Positions 35,032 to 44,351 of a stretch of DNA of 64,000 bases are shown one piece after another (positions within the stretch are counted from its first letter, which is position 1; each line of letters begins with the position of its first letter). A program made the translations under genes and the position numbers. The notes below the pieces were generated by a model, which searched no databases, had not been told where the DNA came from, and saw nothing but the letters and a program-made list of their open reading frames with translations. The stretch spans positions 24,468-88,467 of the forward strand of contig JBKPAI010000124.1 in assembly GCA_046726355.1 (NCBI GenBank), written 5' to 3'. This DNA is from Acidobacteriota bacterium. GTDB lineage: Bacteria; Acidobacteriota; Vicinamibacteria; Vicinamibacterales; CAVVIG01.

Positions 35032-37731
35032 CTAGTCAACTCGCAACGCGTCGGTCGGGTTCACCGTGGAGGCGGCGTACGCGGGAACGAGTGCCGCGCC
35101 CAACGCAGCCGCGCCCAGTAGCAGGGTTGTCGCGGCCATCGTGACCGGATCGGTTGCCGTGACGCCGAACAACTGCGACTCGACGAGCCGTCCGAGCACG
35201 CCGACGCACGGCAGCGCGACAGCTGTGCCGGCCGCAATCATCACAATGGCGTCGCGGAGAACGAGCCACACCGCGGCGCTGCCCCGAGCCCCGAGAGCGA
35301 TCCGTATGCCGATTTCGCGGGTGCGCTGCGTGACGACAAACGACATCACGCCGTACAGCCCGACCAGCGACAGCATCACCGCCAGCGCGCCAAATCCACC
35401 GGAGAGGGTTGCCAGGATGCGCTCGGTCGTCAACGATCGGTTGACTTGTTCGGTCACGGTGCGGAAGTAGGTGATCGGCAAGGCGGAATCGGCATCGTGA
35501 ACGATGGACCGAATCGATTCCGCCGCCTGCTCGGGCGTGCCTCGTACTTTCACGTAGAAGTGCCCACCGGCATCGGTGCCGTCGAGCATTGGGAAGTATG
35601 CCTGCTCCGACTCCTCGCGAAGGCCACGATAACTGAAGTCCGGGACAACCCCGACAATCTCGATATTCGGCTGGGCGTCGGGTCCTGAACCCTGACAGAC
35701 GCGCACGCCGAGCGGGTTGCGCCCCGCAAGGTATCGTCTGACGAACGCCTCGTTCACGATTGCCGAGCGCGGACCGGCCTCGCCCGCCGGCATGGAGTCG
35801 CGGTCGTCGAAGTCTCTGCCGGCGACGATTCCGATCCCCAGCGTGGCGAAGAACCCGGGAGTGACTGCATTCAAATTCACATCCCGATCGGTGGTGACCC
35901 GTCGATCGGTCTGGATCGTCATCGGATTGTTCCAGCTTCCACCGATCAACAGCTGATGACGCGCGACGGCGGACGCCTCCGTGCTCCGGGACGCGCGGAT
36001 CTCCTCGTGAATACGGCGCACGAGTCGGCTGGCTTGTGCCGGCGAGTAGCCGTTTCGCCGGGGATCGATCCCGAACGACACGAGGCTCGACGTGTCGAAT
36101 CCCGGTCCTTTCGTCAACAGCCCGGTCAGCGTTCGCGCAAACAACACCGCGCCGATGACGAGAATCAACGACAGCGCAATCTGCGCCGCGACGATGCCCT
36201 TGCGGAGCCGGACGCTGCCAGCTCCACCGCCTCGCTCGCGGAGCGAGGAGACGAGCGGCTTGCGGCCGGACTGCAGCGCCGGCCCGAAGCCGCTCAGCAC
36301 GCCTGCGCCCACGCTCACCAGGAACGCGAACAGCAACAGTCGTGAGTCGACGGTGGACTGCAGCGCATTGGCGGCGGTGTCGCGGGGCAGAAACGCGATG
36401 AGCGTCTGCATCGCGAGCGGCGCGAGTACCACACCAAGCAGTCCGCCGGCCAGGGCCAGCAGAACGCTGTCGGCGAGCAGCTGCCGGCCGACCCGGCCGC
36501 GCGATGCGCCCAACGCCAGCCGTGTGCTGATCTCGCGGTCGCGAGCTGATCCGCGCGCCAGGAAGAGACCGGCCACATTCAAGCAGGCGAGACCCAACAG
36601 CACTGCCGTGGCCGCGAACAAGACCCAGAGTGGCTGCGACAGCCGACGTCGCAAGCTGGAATGGCCCTGGCCCGCTGGCGTCAATGCGATGGTCGAGGCC
36701 AGAAATCGCTGCCGGCGCTCGGCTGTGATTCTGGGAAATCCTGCACGGCGCGTGTCCTCGTCCAGCATCGCCTTGAACCACGGCTGCAGTCCGGCCTGTG
36801 CCTGCGCCGGCGTGACGCCTGGCCTCAACCGCCCGAGCACCTGCATCCAGCGTTGTCGACGATTCAACAGACCGTCAAACCCTGGGATCGCCTGTGCCGA
36901 CATCGAGGCAGGAATCCAGAGCGACGGAACCTCGCCGACGTCGATGCCGCGGAACGTCGGCGCCGCCACGCCCACGACCGTCATCGGATATTGATTGATG
37001 AGCACCTTGCGGCCCACGACATCCGGCGCGCCTGCGAGCTGCGTCTTCCAGAAGTCGTACGCCAGCACGATCACGGGGCTCGCATCAGGTGGCTGATCAT
37101 CGGCCGGACCCAGTACTCTGCCGAGTGCGGCGCCCACGCCAAGTACGGGAAAGTACGTGCCCGAGACGATCTCCGCCGCCACCGGTGTGTGCTCTCCGCC
37201 CACCGACAGCGTCACCGTCGTCGCCGCGCGACAGAGGATGCCATCGAAGACCTCGTCGTGGAGCTGCAGGTCGCGGCAGATCGGGTACGACATCAGATTC
37301 CAGCTGCCGAACCCGCCGGCCACCGGGTCTCCCTTCCAATCGATCAGGACCAGCCGTTCGGGTTCGCGGACCGGAAGCGCACGCAGGATCACCTGATCGA
37401 CGAGCGAGTAGAGGGCCGTGGTGGCGCCGATCCCAAGGGCGAGCGACAGCACGATCGTCGTGCTGAACGAGGGACTGCGCCGAAAGGAGCGCGCGGAGAA
37501 CCGGAGGTCGTACACGAAATCGCGCAGCCAACGAGTGAGCCACACGTCGCGTACTTCCTCTCGCACCTGGGCCAGGCCGCCGAGCTCCAGCGTCGCGCGT
37601 CTTCGCGCTTCCCACTCGAGCAGACCCGACCGCATCAGGTCGCTGACGCGGCGGTCCATGTGATAGCGCAGTTCGCGATCCAGGTCTTTTTCCAGATCCG
37701 CCCGTCGAAGCCAGTTCAGCACGGGCTTCAC
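35032..37731 (-). CDS. ADOP-type duplicated MacB/FtsX permease
   Basis: N-terminal ...LEKDLDRELRYHMD...LRFSARSFRRSPSF leader typical of acidobacterial duplicated orphan permeases, followed by two MacB_PCD/FtsX modules. 4-nt overlap with the upstream PadR gene. Confidence 0.9.
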   Translation of the reverse strand: MKPVLNWLRRADLEKDLDRELRYHMDRRVSDLMRSGLLEWEARRRATLELGGLAQVREEVRDVWLTRWLRDFVYDLRFSARSFRRSPSFSTTIVLSLALGIGATTALYSLVDQVILRALPVREPERLVLIDWKGDPVAGGFGSWNLMSYPICRDLQLHDEVFDGILCRAATTVTLSVGGEHTPVAAEIVSGTYFPVLGVGAALGRVLGPADDQPPDASPVIVLAYDFWKTQLAGAPDVVGRKVLINQYPMTVVGVAAPTFRGIDVGEVPSLWIPASMSAQAIPGFDGLLNRRQRWMQVLGRLRPGVTPAQAQAGLQPWFKAMLDEDTRRAGFPRITAERRQRFLASTIALTPAGQGHSSLRRRLSQPLWVLFAATAVLLGLACLNVAGLFLARGSARDREISTRLALGASRGRVGRQLLADSVLLALAGGLLGVVLAPLAMQTLIAFLPRDTAANALQSTVDSRLLLFAFLVSVGAGVLSGFGPALQSGRKPLVSSLRERGGGAGSVRLRKGIVAAQIALSLILVIGAVLFARTLTGLLTKGPGFDTSSLVSFGIDPRRNGYSPAQASRLVRRIHEEIRASRSTEASAVARHQLLIGGSWNNPMTIQTDRRVTTDRDVNLNAVTPGFFATLGIGIVAGRDFDDRDSMPAGEAGPRSAIVNEAFVRRYLAGRNPLGVRVCQGSGPDAQPNIEIVGVVPDFSYRGLREESEQAYFPMLDGTDAGGHFYVKVRGTPEQAAESIRSIVHDADSALPITYFRTVTEQVNRSLTTERILATLSGGFGALAVMLSLVGLYGVMSFVVTQRTREIGIRIALGARGSAAVWLVLRDAIVMIAAGTAVALPCVGVLGRLVESQLFGVTATDPVTMAATTLLLGAAALGAALVPAYAASTVNPTDALRVD

Positions 37732-38069
37732 GTCCGATTGCCTTCGTTGAAGATCAACCGCACCGCTCCCGCGAGCCGCATCCAGCTGTCCTTCTCAACG
37801 CCGAGCTGCCTCCTTCCGGCCCGCGTCAAGGAGTAGACCTTTGCTTCACGTCCCGTCTCCGACGACTTCCACTCGGCCGTGAGCCATCCCTTCTGTTCCA
37901 GCCGATGGAGGGCCGGATACAGCGAGCCCTGATTGACCTGCACAACAGCCCGCGAGATCTGCTCCAGCCGCTGCGCGATGCCGTACCCATGCGCTGGCTC
38001 GAGCGAGAGGATCTGGAGAATCAACATGTCGAGCGTGCCTTGCGGGATCGGGAAACGGGGAGAAGGCAT
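37728..38069 (-). CDS. PadR-family transcriptional regulator
   Basis: Start at internal Met: MPSPRFPIPQGTLDMLILQILSLEPAHGYGIAQRLEQIS...GSLYPALHRLEQKGWL. Confidence 0.85.
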   Translation of the reverse strand: MPSPRFPIPQGTLDMLILQILSLEPAHGYGIAQRLEQISRAVVQVNQGSLYPALHRLEQKGWLTAEWKSSETGREAKVYSLTRAGRRQLGVEKDSWMRLAGAVRLIFNEGNRT

Positions 38070-38175
38070 TTGATACCTCGAGCTTCGACACCTCAGCATA
38101 GTGCGCGATGGGTCGAAGGTCAAGGTATTGAATCAGCACCTTGGCGTCGGGACCCGGCCTGAGACTGTTGTTCGA

Positions 38176-38296
38176 CGTACCACGGCGGACCTGAAGGTCC
38201 GCACGACGTCTGACAGGTGTGGTGCAGGCCTTCCCGCCTTCGCTTCGCTACGGCGAGGCTCGCCGAAGCGCGTAGCGCGGAGGCGGCAGGCCTGCC
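38176..38296. repeat. composite GC-rich REP-like element
   Basis: gtaccacGGCGGACCTGAAGGTCCGCacgac + GTGGTGCAGGCCTTCCCGCCTTCGCTTCGCTACGGCGAGGCTCGCCGAAGCGCGTAGCGCGGAGGCGGCAGGCCTGCC. The core is nearly identical to 57159-57257. Confidence 0.8.
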
Positions 38297-38511
38297 GTCG
38301 TCTCGAAGTGCGCGATGACGTCTCGAGCCCCATACAAAGCGGCGGGACGACTGGCCACGAACCCTCGCCGGCTAATGGAGAAGGGCGAGGAATCCCAGCG
38401 TCGACAGGACAGAAACCCATCGCTCTGCGCCAAGTGGTCACTCAGGCCGGTCGGAACAGCCTGCCGAGCTCTCCGGAGCTGTGAATACTGGAGACAAGCC
38501 GGGAGCGGTGG

Positions 38512-39228
38512 TCATCGAGGCTGCTCCTGGCCGACGCCGAAGGACCATCGGCCCGTCTCAACATCCTCAATCCAGGTCTTCGCATCGGACACGAGGTCAG
38601 GACTCAGGTGACGTGCATCGTTGAAGAACCGAACGTGGGCCTGACCATTCCCCTTCACATGGATGCCGCTGACTCCCGTCAATGCGCTGTGAAAGGGCGG
38701 CTTGGGATGTCGTCCGTACTCAATCGCTCTTCCAAGCAGGTACTTGATCATCCCGTTGTGCGTGATGACCGCCGCGGTGGTGTAAGGCATGGCGACGATC
38801 TTCCCCCAGGCAGCATACAGCCGCGCACCCAGATCGATCTGAGCCGGATCTCCCGTTTCGAAGGCCGCCAAGGTTCCGGCCGACACTTCGCGAAATGTCG
38901 CATCCACGATCAAGGGAACATTCGGATGAAAGCGGTGTACCGCGGCCGCCGTCTCGTACGCCCTGTACATATCACTGCAGATGATCGCGTCCAGTTGCCA
39001 TTTCGCGGCTCGTCGGGCAAGTGCCTCGGCCTGCTGTTGCCCGATCTCACTCAGGTGATGTCCCCGCTCTGGATCCTTTGCGCCTTCCTTGGCATGGGCA
39101 TGGCGGATCAGAATGACTCTCGGACCTGGAATCCCTACGGGCGCAGGATCCGACGCCGTCTCAACGCCCGTTGTGTGGATGCCAGGTGGCCGCCCGGTGC
39201 CGTTGTCCGTGAAGAGTCTGCGCATCAT
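38512..39228 (-). CDS. histidine phosphatase (phosphoglycerate-mutase-like) family protein
   Basis: ...RVILIRHAHA... (RHG-type motif variant) and ...VITHNGMIKYLL... (catalytic His region). Confidence 0.7.
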   Translation of the reverse strand: MMRRLFTDNGTGRPPGIHTTGVETASDPAPVGIPGPRVILIRHAHAKEGAKDPERGHHLSEIGQQQAEALARRAAKWQLDAIICSDMYRAYETAAAVHRFHPNVPLIVDATFREVSAGTLAAFETGDPAQIDLGARLYAAWGKIVAMPYTTAAVITHNGMIKYLLGRAIEYGRHPKPPFHSALTGVSGIHVKGNGQAHVRFFNDARHLSPDLVSDAKTWIEDVETGRWSFGVGQEQPR

Positions 39229-39264
39229 GTGCCGGGTTGCCTCCAGTCGTCTGCGACGGCTGTC

Positions 39265-39288
39265 GTAGACTTATAAGTAGACTTATAA
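39265..39288. promoter_or_regulatory. perfect tandem 12-bp direct repeat GTAGACTTATAA x2 (AT-rich)
   Basis: Read directly. It lies in the divergent intergenic region, 83 nt upstream of the operon encoding the OmpR-family regulator. Confidence 0.4.
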
Positions 39289-39298
39289 CCGGTGTGAG

Positions 39299-39347
39299 AT
39301 GAAGGACGCGTGAAAGGCGATCAGACAACCCTTCACGGCGCCTTCAT
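39299..39347 (+). other. imperfect hairpin in the 5' leader of 39371-40018
   Basis: atgaaggacgcgtgaaagg ... cccttcacggcgccttcat. About 15 of 19 positions pair, with a ~10-nt loop. It ends 24 nt before the ATG. Confidence 0.4.
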
Positions 39348-39370
39348 GTCGCTCCTGCTACATTCGCCCC

Positions 39371-40018
39371 TTGGACCGTATGCTCAGGGTCTTGCTCGCG
39401 TCGATCGCGATCGCGGCCGGCACGAATGCTGCCGCACAGCGCAGCACCCTCGTCCAGCGCGACTTCCAGGATGATGCGTTGGGCCAGGCTCCGGCTGGAT
39501 TCGTGTTCGCCGAAGCGCGCGATGCGGCCCCGAAACGGTGGTCCGTGCAGCGGGACGGCGCGATGCAGGTCCTGGTGCATGCGGGGGATCCCGCCGCGGG
39601 CCGTGGTTTCGCGGCAGCCGTGCTCGAGGCGCCTGCGTTACGAGACGTCGAGCTCTCCGTGAAATTGCGATTCGGCCGCGGAGAGCGCGCCGGCGGGCTC
39701 GTCTGGCGGTACAGTGATCCGGGCAATTACTATTTCGTCGAACTGAACCTCGGTGACCATGCGATCCGGCTGTACCGCATGGTCAACGGCAATCGTGTCC
39801 GTCTCGAGGATGAAGATGATCTGGAGCTCGACCCAGCAGCGTGGCACTCGCTGAAAGTGATCCAGCGGGAGCGGTCCATCCGTGTATATCTCAGCGGGAT
39901 CCGCGTGTTTGGGGAGCGCGACCGCACGCTCCCGGCGCCGGGTACCGTGGGTGTCTGGTGCCGCGGAAACTCGGTCGCGCAGTTCGATGATCTCCGGGTC
40001 GAACGCGTCGAAAATTAA
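39371..40018 (+). CDS. secreted concanavalin/LamG-like (DUF1080-like) protein
   Basis: Signal peptide MDRMLRVLLASIAIAAGTNAAA. ...GGLVWRYSDPGNYYFVELNLGDHAIRLYRMVNG...WHSLKVIQRERSIRVYL...GTVGVWCRGNSVAQFDDLRV resembles DUF1080/LamG jelly-roll patterns. Confidence 0.6.
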   Translation: MDRMLRVLLASIAIAAGTNAAAQRSTLVQRDFQDDALGQAPAGFVFAEARDAAPKRWSVQRDGAMQVLVHAGDPAAGRGFAAAVLEAPALRDVELSVKLRFGRGERAGGLVWRYSDPGNYYFVELNLGDHAIRLYRMVNGNRVRLEDEDDLELDPAAWHSLKVIQRERSIRVYLSGIRVFGERDRTLPAPGTVGVWCRGNSVAQFDDLRVERVEN

Positions 40019-40020
40019 CG

Positions 40021-40677
40021 ATGCGACTTCTCGTCGTGGAAGACGAGCCTGACCTCGCCCGTGCGCTGCGGAAGGCGCTCGTCGAGGAGGAGTTCGCCGT
40101 TGACGTGGTGGGGAATGGCGAGGATGCCATCTTTTACGCCACCGAGGTGGCGTATGACGCCATCGTCCTGGACCTCATGTTGCCCGGCACCGATGGATGG
40201 ACCGCTCTGGAGATGTTGAGGCGCGACCACAATCGCACACCGATCGTCGTGTTGACGGCGCGCGACACGCTGGCGGACAAAGTCCGCGGCCTGAACCTCG
40301 GGGCGGACGACTACATCACAAAACCCTTCGCCCTCACCGAACTGGTCGCGCGCATTCGCGCCGTTGTCCGCCGCGCCTCAACGGATCCGGTGCCGACGCT
40401 GATCGTTGGCGACATCACCATCGACACCGCGGCTCGTGAGGTCCGGCGGAATGGTCAGCTCATCGCGATTACAGCGCGCGAGTATGCGATCCTCGAATTC
40501 CTCGTCCGCCGGCGCGGCACGCTCGTGACACGCACCACGATCCGTGAACATCTGTACGCCGAAGACGACGACGTGGCCTCGAACGTGGTGGACGTGTACG
40601 TCGCGGGGCTGCGGCGCAAACTAGGCCCGGGCGTGATTGAGACACGCCGCGGTCACGGATACATCATTAATGCGTGA
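40021..40677 (+). CDS. OmpR-family response regulator
   Basis: MRLLVVEDEPDL..., D-52-type LDLMLPGTDG, ...KPF..., C-terminal wHTH ...RGHGYII. Confidence 0.9.
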   Translation: MRLLVVEDEPDLARALRKALVEEEFAVDVVGNGEDAIFYATEVAYDAIVLDLMLPGTDGWTALEMLRRDHNRTPIVVLTARDTLADKVRGLNLGADDYITKPFALTELVARIRAVVRRASTDPVPTLIVGDITIDTAAREVRRNGQLIAITAREYAILEFLVRRRGTLVTRTTIREHLYAEDDDVASNVVDVYVAGLRRKLGPGVIETRRGHGYIINA

Positions 40678-42064
40678 TTCCCTGCGGGTCCGGCTGATCG
40701 CCTTGTCTGCCGCGGTCGTCACCACCATCGTGGCGATGTTCGGGGTAGCGGTCTGCTACGTGTTCTGGCGAACGCTGGTCGGTCAGACCGACGATGAACT
40801 CCGGATGCGTGCCGTCACGATCACCCGATCGCTCCAACCCGTGAGTGGCGACACCTTCGACCTGAATCTTCCAGATGACACTCAGGAGTACTTCCAACAG
40901 GAGCCCTACTACGGGATCTGGGCGCCCGACCATCGCGTGATTGACATCTCCGATCCGGCGCAGGTCACCAGCATGCCGGACGTGCTCGGAGCTCGCCTGC
41001 ACGAGGGCCGGCGCGAGATCAGCGTCCGCACACCTGCCGGTGTCACGGTGCTCGTGGGGCGTGACTTGGGCGACGCTCGCGCGGCGGTCCGGTCACTCGC
41101 CATGATGATCGCCAGCGTCGGCGTTGCCGCCCCGGTGCTGTCGGTTCTCTGCGGTTGGCTGCTCGCAGGACGTGCGCTTGCTCCGATCGCCCGAATCAAT
41201 CGTACGGCGCGCGCCATGGCCGACGGGGATCTCGCCGCCAGGATTCCCATCGATCGAACCGAGACCGAACTGGGTCAGGTAGCGGTCGCGCTCAATTCGG
41301 CCTTCGATCGGATGCACAGCGCGATGGACCAACTTCGGCGGTTCACGGCGGACGCTTCCCACGAGCTGCGGACGCCAGTGGCCACGTTGTCGGCGGAAAC
41401 CGAATGGGCGCTCGGACGGCCGCGGGACGCCGACGCCTACCGCGACTCGCTGGTCACGTGTCGAACTGCCGCGTTGCGCATCGGACGTGTGGTCCAAGGC
41501 CTCCTCACGCTTGCCCGCGCGGATGCGGACGAATTGCCGCTCACGTTGGCGCCGATCAGAGCCGACCAGCTCGTGGACGATGTCGTGACGCTGGCGCGAC
41601 CGATTGCGGCACAACGTCAGGTGCAGATCAGCACCTCGGTGCCATCCGTCGAGGTGATGGGTGATCCGGAGCGCTTGCAGGAGGCGATCTCCAATCTCGT
41701 GATCAACGCCGTCCATTTCAACCGGCCCGGTGGCCGAGTAACTATCGACGGAGCAACCGAGAACGAGGCGCTGGTGCTCCGCGTGAGCGACACTGGGATT
41801 GGCATCGCGTCGGAGCATCTGCCGCACGTGTTCGAGCGTTTCTATCGCGTCGAGTCGTCGAGAGGGGCTGGACAAGGCGCAGGCTTGGGCTTGGCCATCA
41901 CCAAGTGGATCGTTGAACAGCACGGCGGGACGCTGCACAGCTCCAGCGAGGTCGGTCGAGGGAGTGAGTTCGTGGTGGCTCTTCCAATCGATCGCCACCC
42001 GGCGCCACAAGCGCAGGCGCTCACGGGATTGGACGCTCCTCGCAACACCAAGACCGTCAGGTGA
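40670..42064 (+). CDS. sensor histidine kinase (TM-periplasmic-TM, HAMP, HisKA, HATPase_c)
   Basis: Start at ATG 40670 (8-nt overlap with the RR). H-box FTADASHELRTPV, N-box LVINAVHFN, G-boxes DTGIGI and GAGLGLAI. Confidence 0.9.
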   Translation: MRDSLRVRLIALSAAVVTTIVAMFGVAVCYVFWRTLVGQTDDELRMRAVTITRSLQPVSGDTFDLNLPDDTQEYFQQEPYYGIWAPDHRVIDISDPAQVTSMPDVLGARLHEGRREISVRTPAGVTVLVGRDLGDARAAVRSLAMMIASVGVAAPVLSVLCGWLLAGRALAPIARINRTARAMADGDLAARIPIDRTETELGQVAVALNSAFDRMHSAMDQLRRFTADASHELRTPVATLSAETEWALGRPRDADAYRDSLVTCRTAALRIGRVVQGLLTLARADADELPLTLAPIRADQLVDDVVTLARPIAAQRQVQISTSVPSVEVMGDPERLQEAISNLVINAVHFNRPGGRVTIDGATENEALVLRVSDTGIGIASEHLPHVFERFYRVESSRGAGQGAGLGLAITKWIVEQHGGTLHSSSEVGRGSEFVVALPIDRHPAPQAQALTGLDAPRNTKTVR

Positions 42065-42396
42065 GCATTCGGAGCCTCCTGACCGCTCATACTGCAAGGG
42101 TCGCCAACCGCACTCCCGAGCCTTCTCCACATCGATCGAGCGGACATTTCCCGCAGTTTCGCAATGGTCTGTCGCCGTAACGTTGTCTTTCTTGCGACAT
42201 GCGGCGACCACGAATTGTATGCCCGCCTCGCAAACGCATCCGGGGGGCAACGCGACACTGGCATGGCGACGTTATCCTCTCTCGGCATGACAGCGCTGCT
42301 ATAATCGTCGCGTCCCCGCGACAGTTTTTGGTCCGGCGTCGACGCGCCCACCAGATTGTGTCCACCTTGTTGACGGAACGCTCACTGAGAGCCGCG

Positions 42397-44301
42397 ATGC
42401 CTCGTGCTGCCCCGCTCTTTGCCGCCGCGCTGCTCATCGCGTCTCTTCCGAACACCGCCTGGGCCGGATGGAGCCGGCTCCGTACCGAACATTTCGTCTT
42501 CATCGGCGACGCGTCGGACGGCGCGATCCGCCGGGTCGCGCAGAAGCTCGATCAGTTCCGCGAAGTTCTGACGCGGGCGCTGCCGGGCGCAGGAACGACA
42601 TCCCCGGTCCCCACGATCGTCATCGTCTTTCGGAACGACAGCTCGTTCAGGCCTTACAAGCCGCTCTTCCAGGGACGTCCGATCGAGTTGGCCGGTTTTT
42701 TCCAGGGGGCGGACGATGTCAATTACATTGCCGTCAACGGAGAAGCCACCGAACCGGCCTTCCATACGATTTTTCACGAGTACACCCATTTCCTAGTGTC
42801 CAATACCGCCGGAAATGTCCCGCTCTGGATCGGGGAGGGTCTGGCGGAGCTCTACGCCACGTTCGAGGAGCGCAAGGGCGGCGCGGCCGCCGTGCTCGGC
42901 GCTCCCGATGTCGGACATGTGGCGCTGCTGCGCCATTCGACGCTGATGTCGCTCGGCGAACTGATGGCGGTCGATCACACCTCGCCGGTCTACAACGAAG
43001 GCGATCGCCGCAGCGTGTTTTACGCACAATCCTGGGCGCTGATGCACTATCTGCTGCTCGGGAACAAGGCGCGCATGCCGCAGATCCGTCCCTATCTCGA
43101 CAAACTCAGGGACGGCGCGTCGCCCGAGCAGGCGTTCCGCGGCGCGTTCGGTGATGCCGCCGCCCTCGAACGAGAGCTGAACGCGTATATCCGCAGATAC
43201 TCGTTCCTCGCGGCCCGGTTCGACTTCGGCGAGAAGGTGACTGGGACGAAGAGCGAGCACAGCGAACCGATAGACGAGGCGGAAGCGGGCGCGTATCTCG
43301 GAGATCTGCTGGCGCGCAGCCATCGCGCCGACGATGCGCGGGCGCATTTTCGCAAGCTCATAGCGTCGAACCCGCAGTCCGCGCGCGCGGCATATGGCCT
43401 GGGCCGGCTGGAGCTGGAGGCGGGACACCTCGACGAGGCGCTGCCACTGCTCGAACGCGCCGTCGCGATCGACGCCAACGAAGCCGCGTACCAGACCGCG
43501 CTCGGCCGTGCGCTGCTGGCGAAGTGGGATGAGGACAAGACCGATTCAGCCGGCGAAGAGGCGCTCCGGCGCGCCAGGACCGTCCTGTCGCGATCGGTGG
43601 AGCTCGACCCGAAGGCTGTTCTCAACGTGGTGACGCTCGGGCGGGCAGAACTGGCGGCCGGAACGGACCTGACGCGTGCGGCATCGCTGCTGGAGCAGGC
43701 GGTTCGCCTGGCGCCGTCACGCGAATATTATCGGCTGCTGCTTGCCAGCTGCCTGGCCGCACAGCGCGAATTCGTGCGCGCGCGGGCCTATCTCGGCCTG
43801 CTGATGGCGCGTGGCAGCCCGGAAGTCCGCGACGCGGCTCGTGATCTCATGGGCCGCATGGCCGCCGTATCCGCTGAACCATCCGATCGGGCGCCGACGC
43901 GCGCAGACGGTCGCGTGTCAGACACTATCGACTCACCCGCCAGGCCGGCGCCGCGAGACGCAGCGCCGCAGCCGAAGTTCGTACCGGTATTGCGAACAGT
44001 CGGCCCGGGCGAGACACGCGTTCTCGGTCTGTTCACGGCCGTCGAATGCCGGCGCGACGGAGTCATCTTCAACGTCACCGTAGATGATCGGCTGCTGCAT
44101 TTCTCGGCTTCGAAGTTCGAGGAAGTGGACTTCATCACCTATCGAGCCGACTCGCCGGACAGCGTCAGATGTGGCGCCATTCAGCCGCCATCGCGTATTC
44201 TCGCCACCTACCGTGTGCCGGACGCACCGGTGGGACACGGCGCGGCGGATGGCCGGCTTGTCGCCATCGAACTCCTTCCCGACGGATACACGCCACAGTA
44301 G
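42397..44301 (+). CDS. secreted peptidase-MA-like (HEXXH) protein with TPR repeats
   Basis: Start at the ATG giving MPRAAPLFAAALLIASLPNTAWA. FHTIFHEYTHFLV (HEXXH) as in DUF1570-type proteins, followed by TPR-like helical repeats. Confidence 0.7.
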   Translation: MPRAAPLFAAALLIASLPNTAWAGWSRLRTEHFVFIGDASDGAIRRVAQKLDQFREVLTRALPGAGTTSPVPTIVIVFRNDSSFRPYKPLFQGRPIELAGFFQGADDVNYIAVNGEATEPAFHTIFHEYTHFLVSNTAGNVPLWIGEGLAELYATFEERKGGAAAVLGAPDVGHVALLRHSTLMSLGELMAVDHTSPVYNEGDRRSVFYAQSWALMHYLLLGNKARMPQIRPYLDKLRDGASPEQAFRGAFGDAAALERELNAYIRRYSFLAARFDFGEKVTGTKSEHSEPIDEAEAGAYLGDLLARSHRADDARAHFRKLIASNPQSARAAYGLGRLELEAGHLDEALPLLERAVAIDANEAAYQTALGRALLAKWDEDKTDSAGEEALRRARTVLSRSVELDPKAVLNVVTLGRAELAAGTDLTRAASLLEQAVRLAPSREYYRLLLASCLAAQREFVRARAYLGLLMARGSPEVRDAARDLMGRMAAVSAEPSDRAPTRADGRVSDTIDSPARPAPRDAAPQPKFVPVLRTVGPGETRVLGLFTAVECRRDGVIFNVTVDDRLLHFSASKFEEVDFITYRADSPDSVRCGAIQPPSRILATYRVPDAPVGHGAADGRLVAIELLPDGYTPQ

Positions 44302-44351
44302 CCCTGACGCTGCGGTGAGATTGTTCCCTCCCGAACAGCGCGGTCCAGACG

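Noticed and set aside
42300-42305. TATAAT hexamer 92 nt upstream of the TPR/HEXXH gene as a -10 box.
   Set aside because: There is no acceptable -35 at 16-19-nt spacing, and promoter consensus for this lineage is uncertain. The evidence is too weak to annotate.
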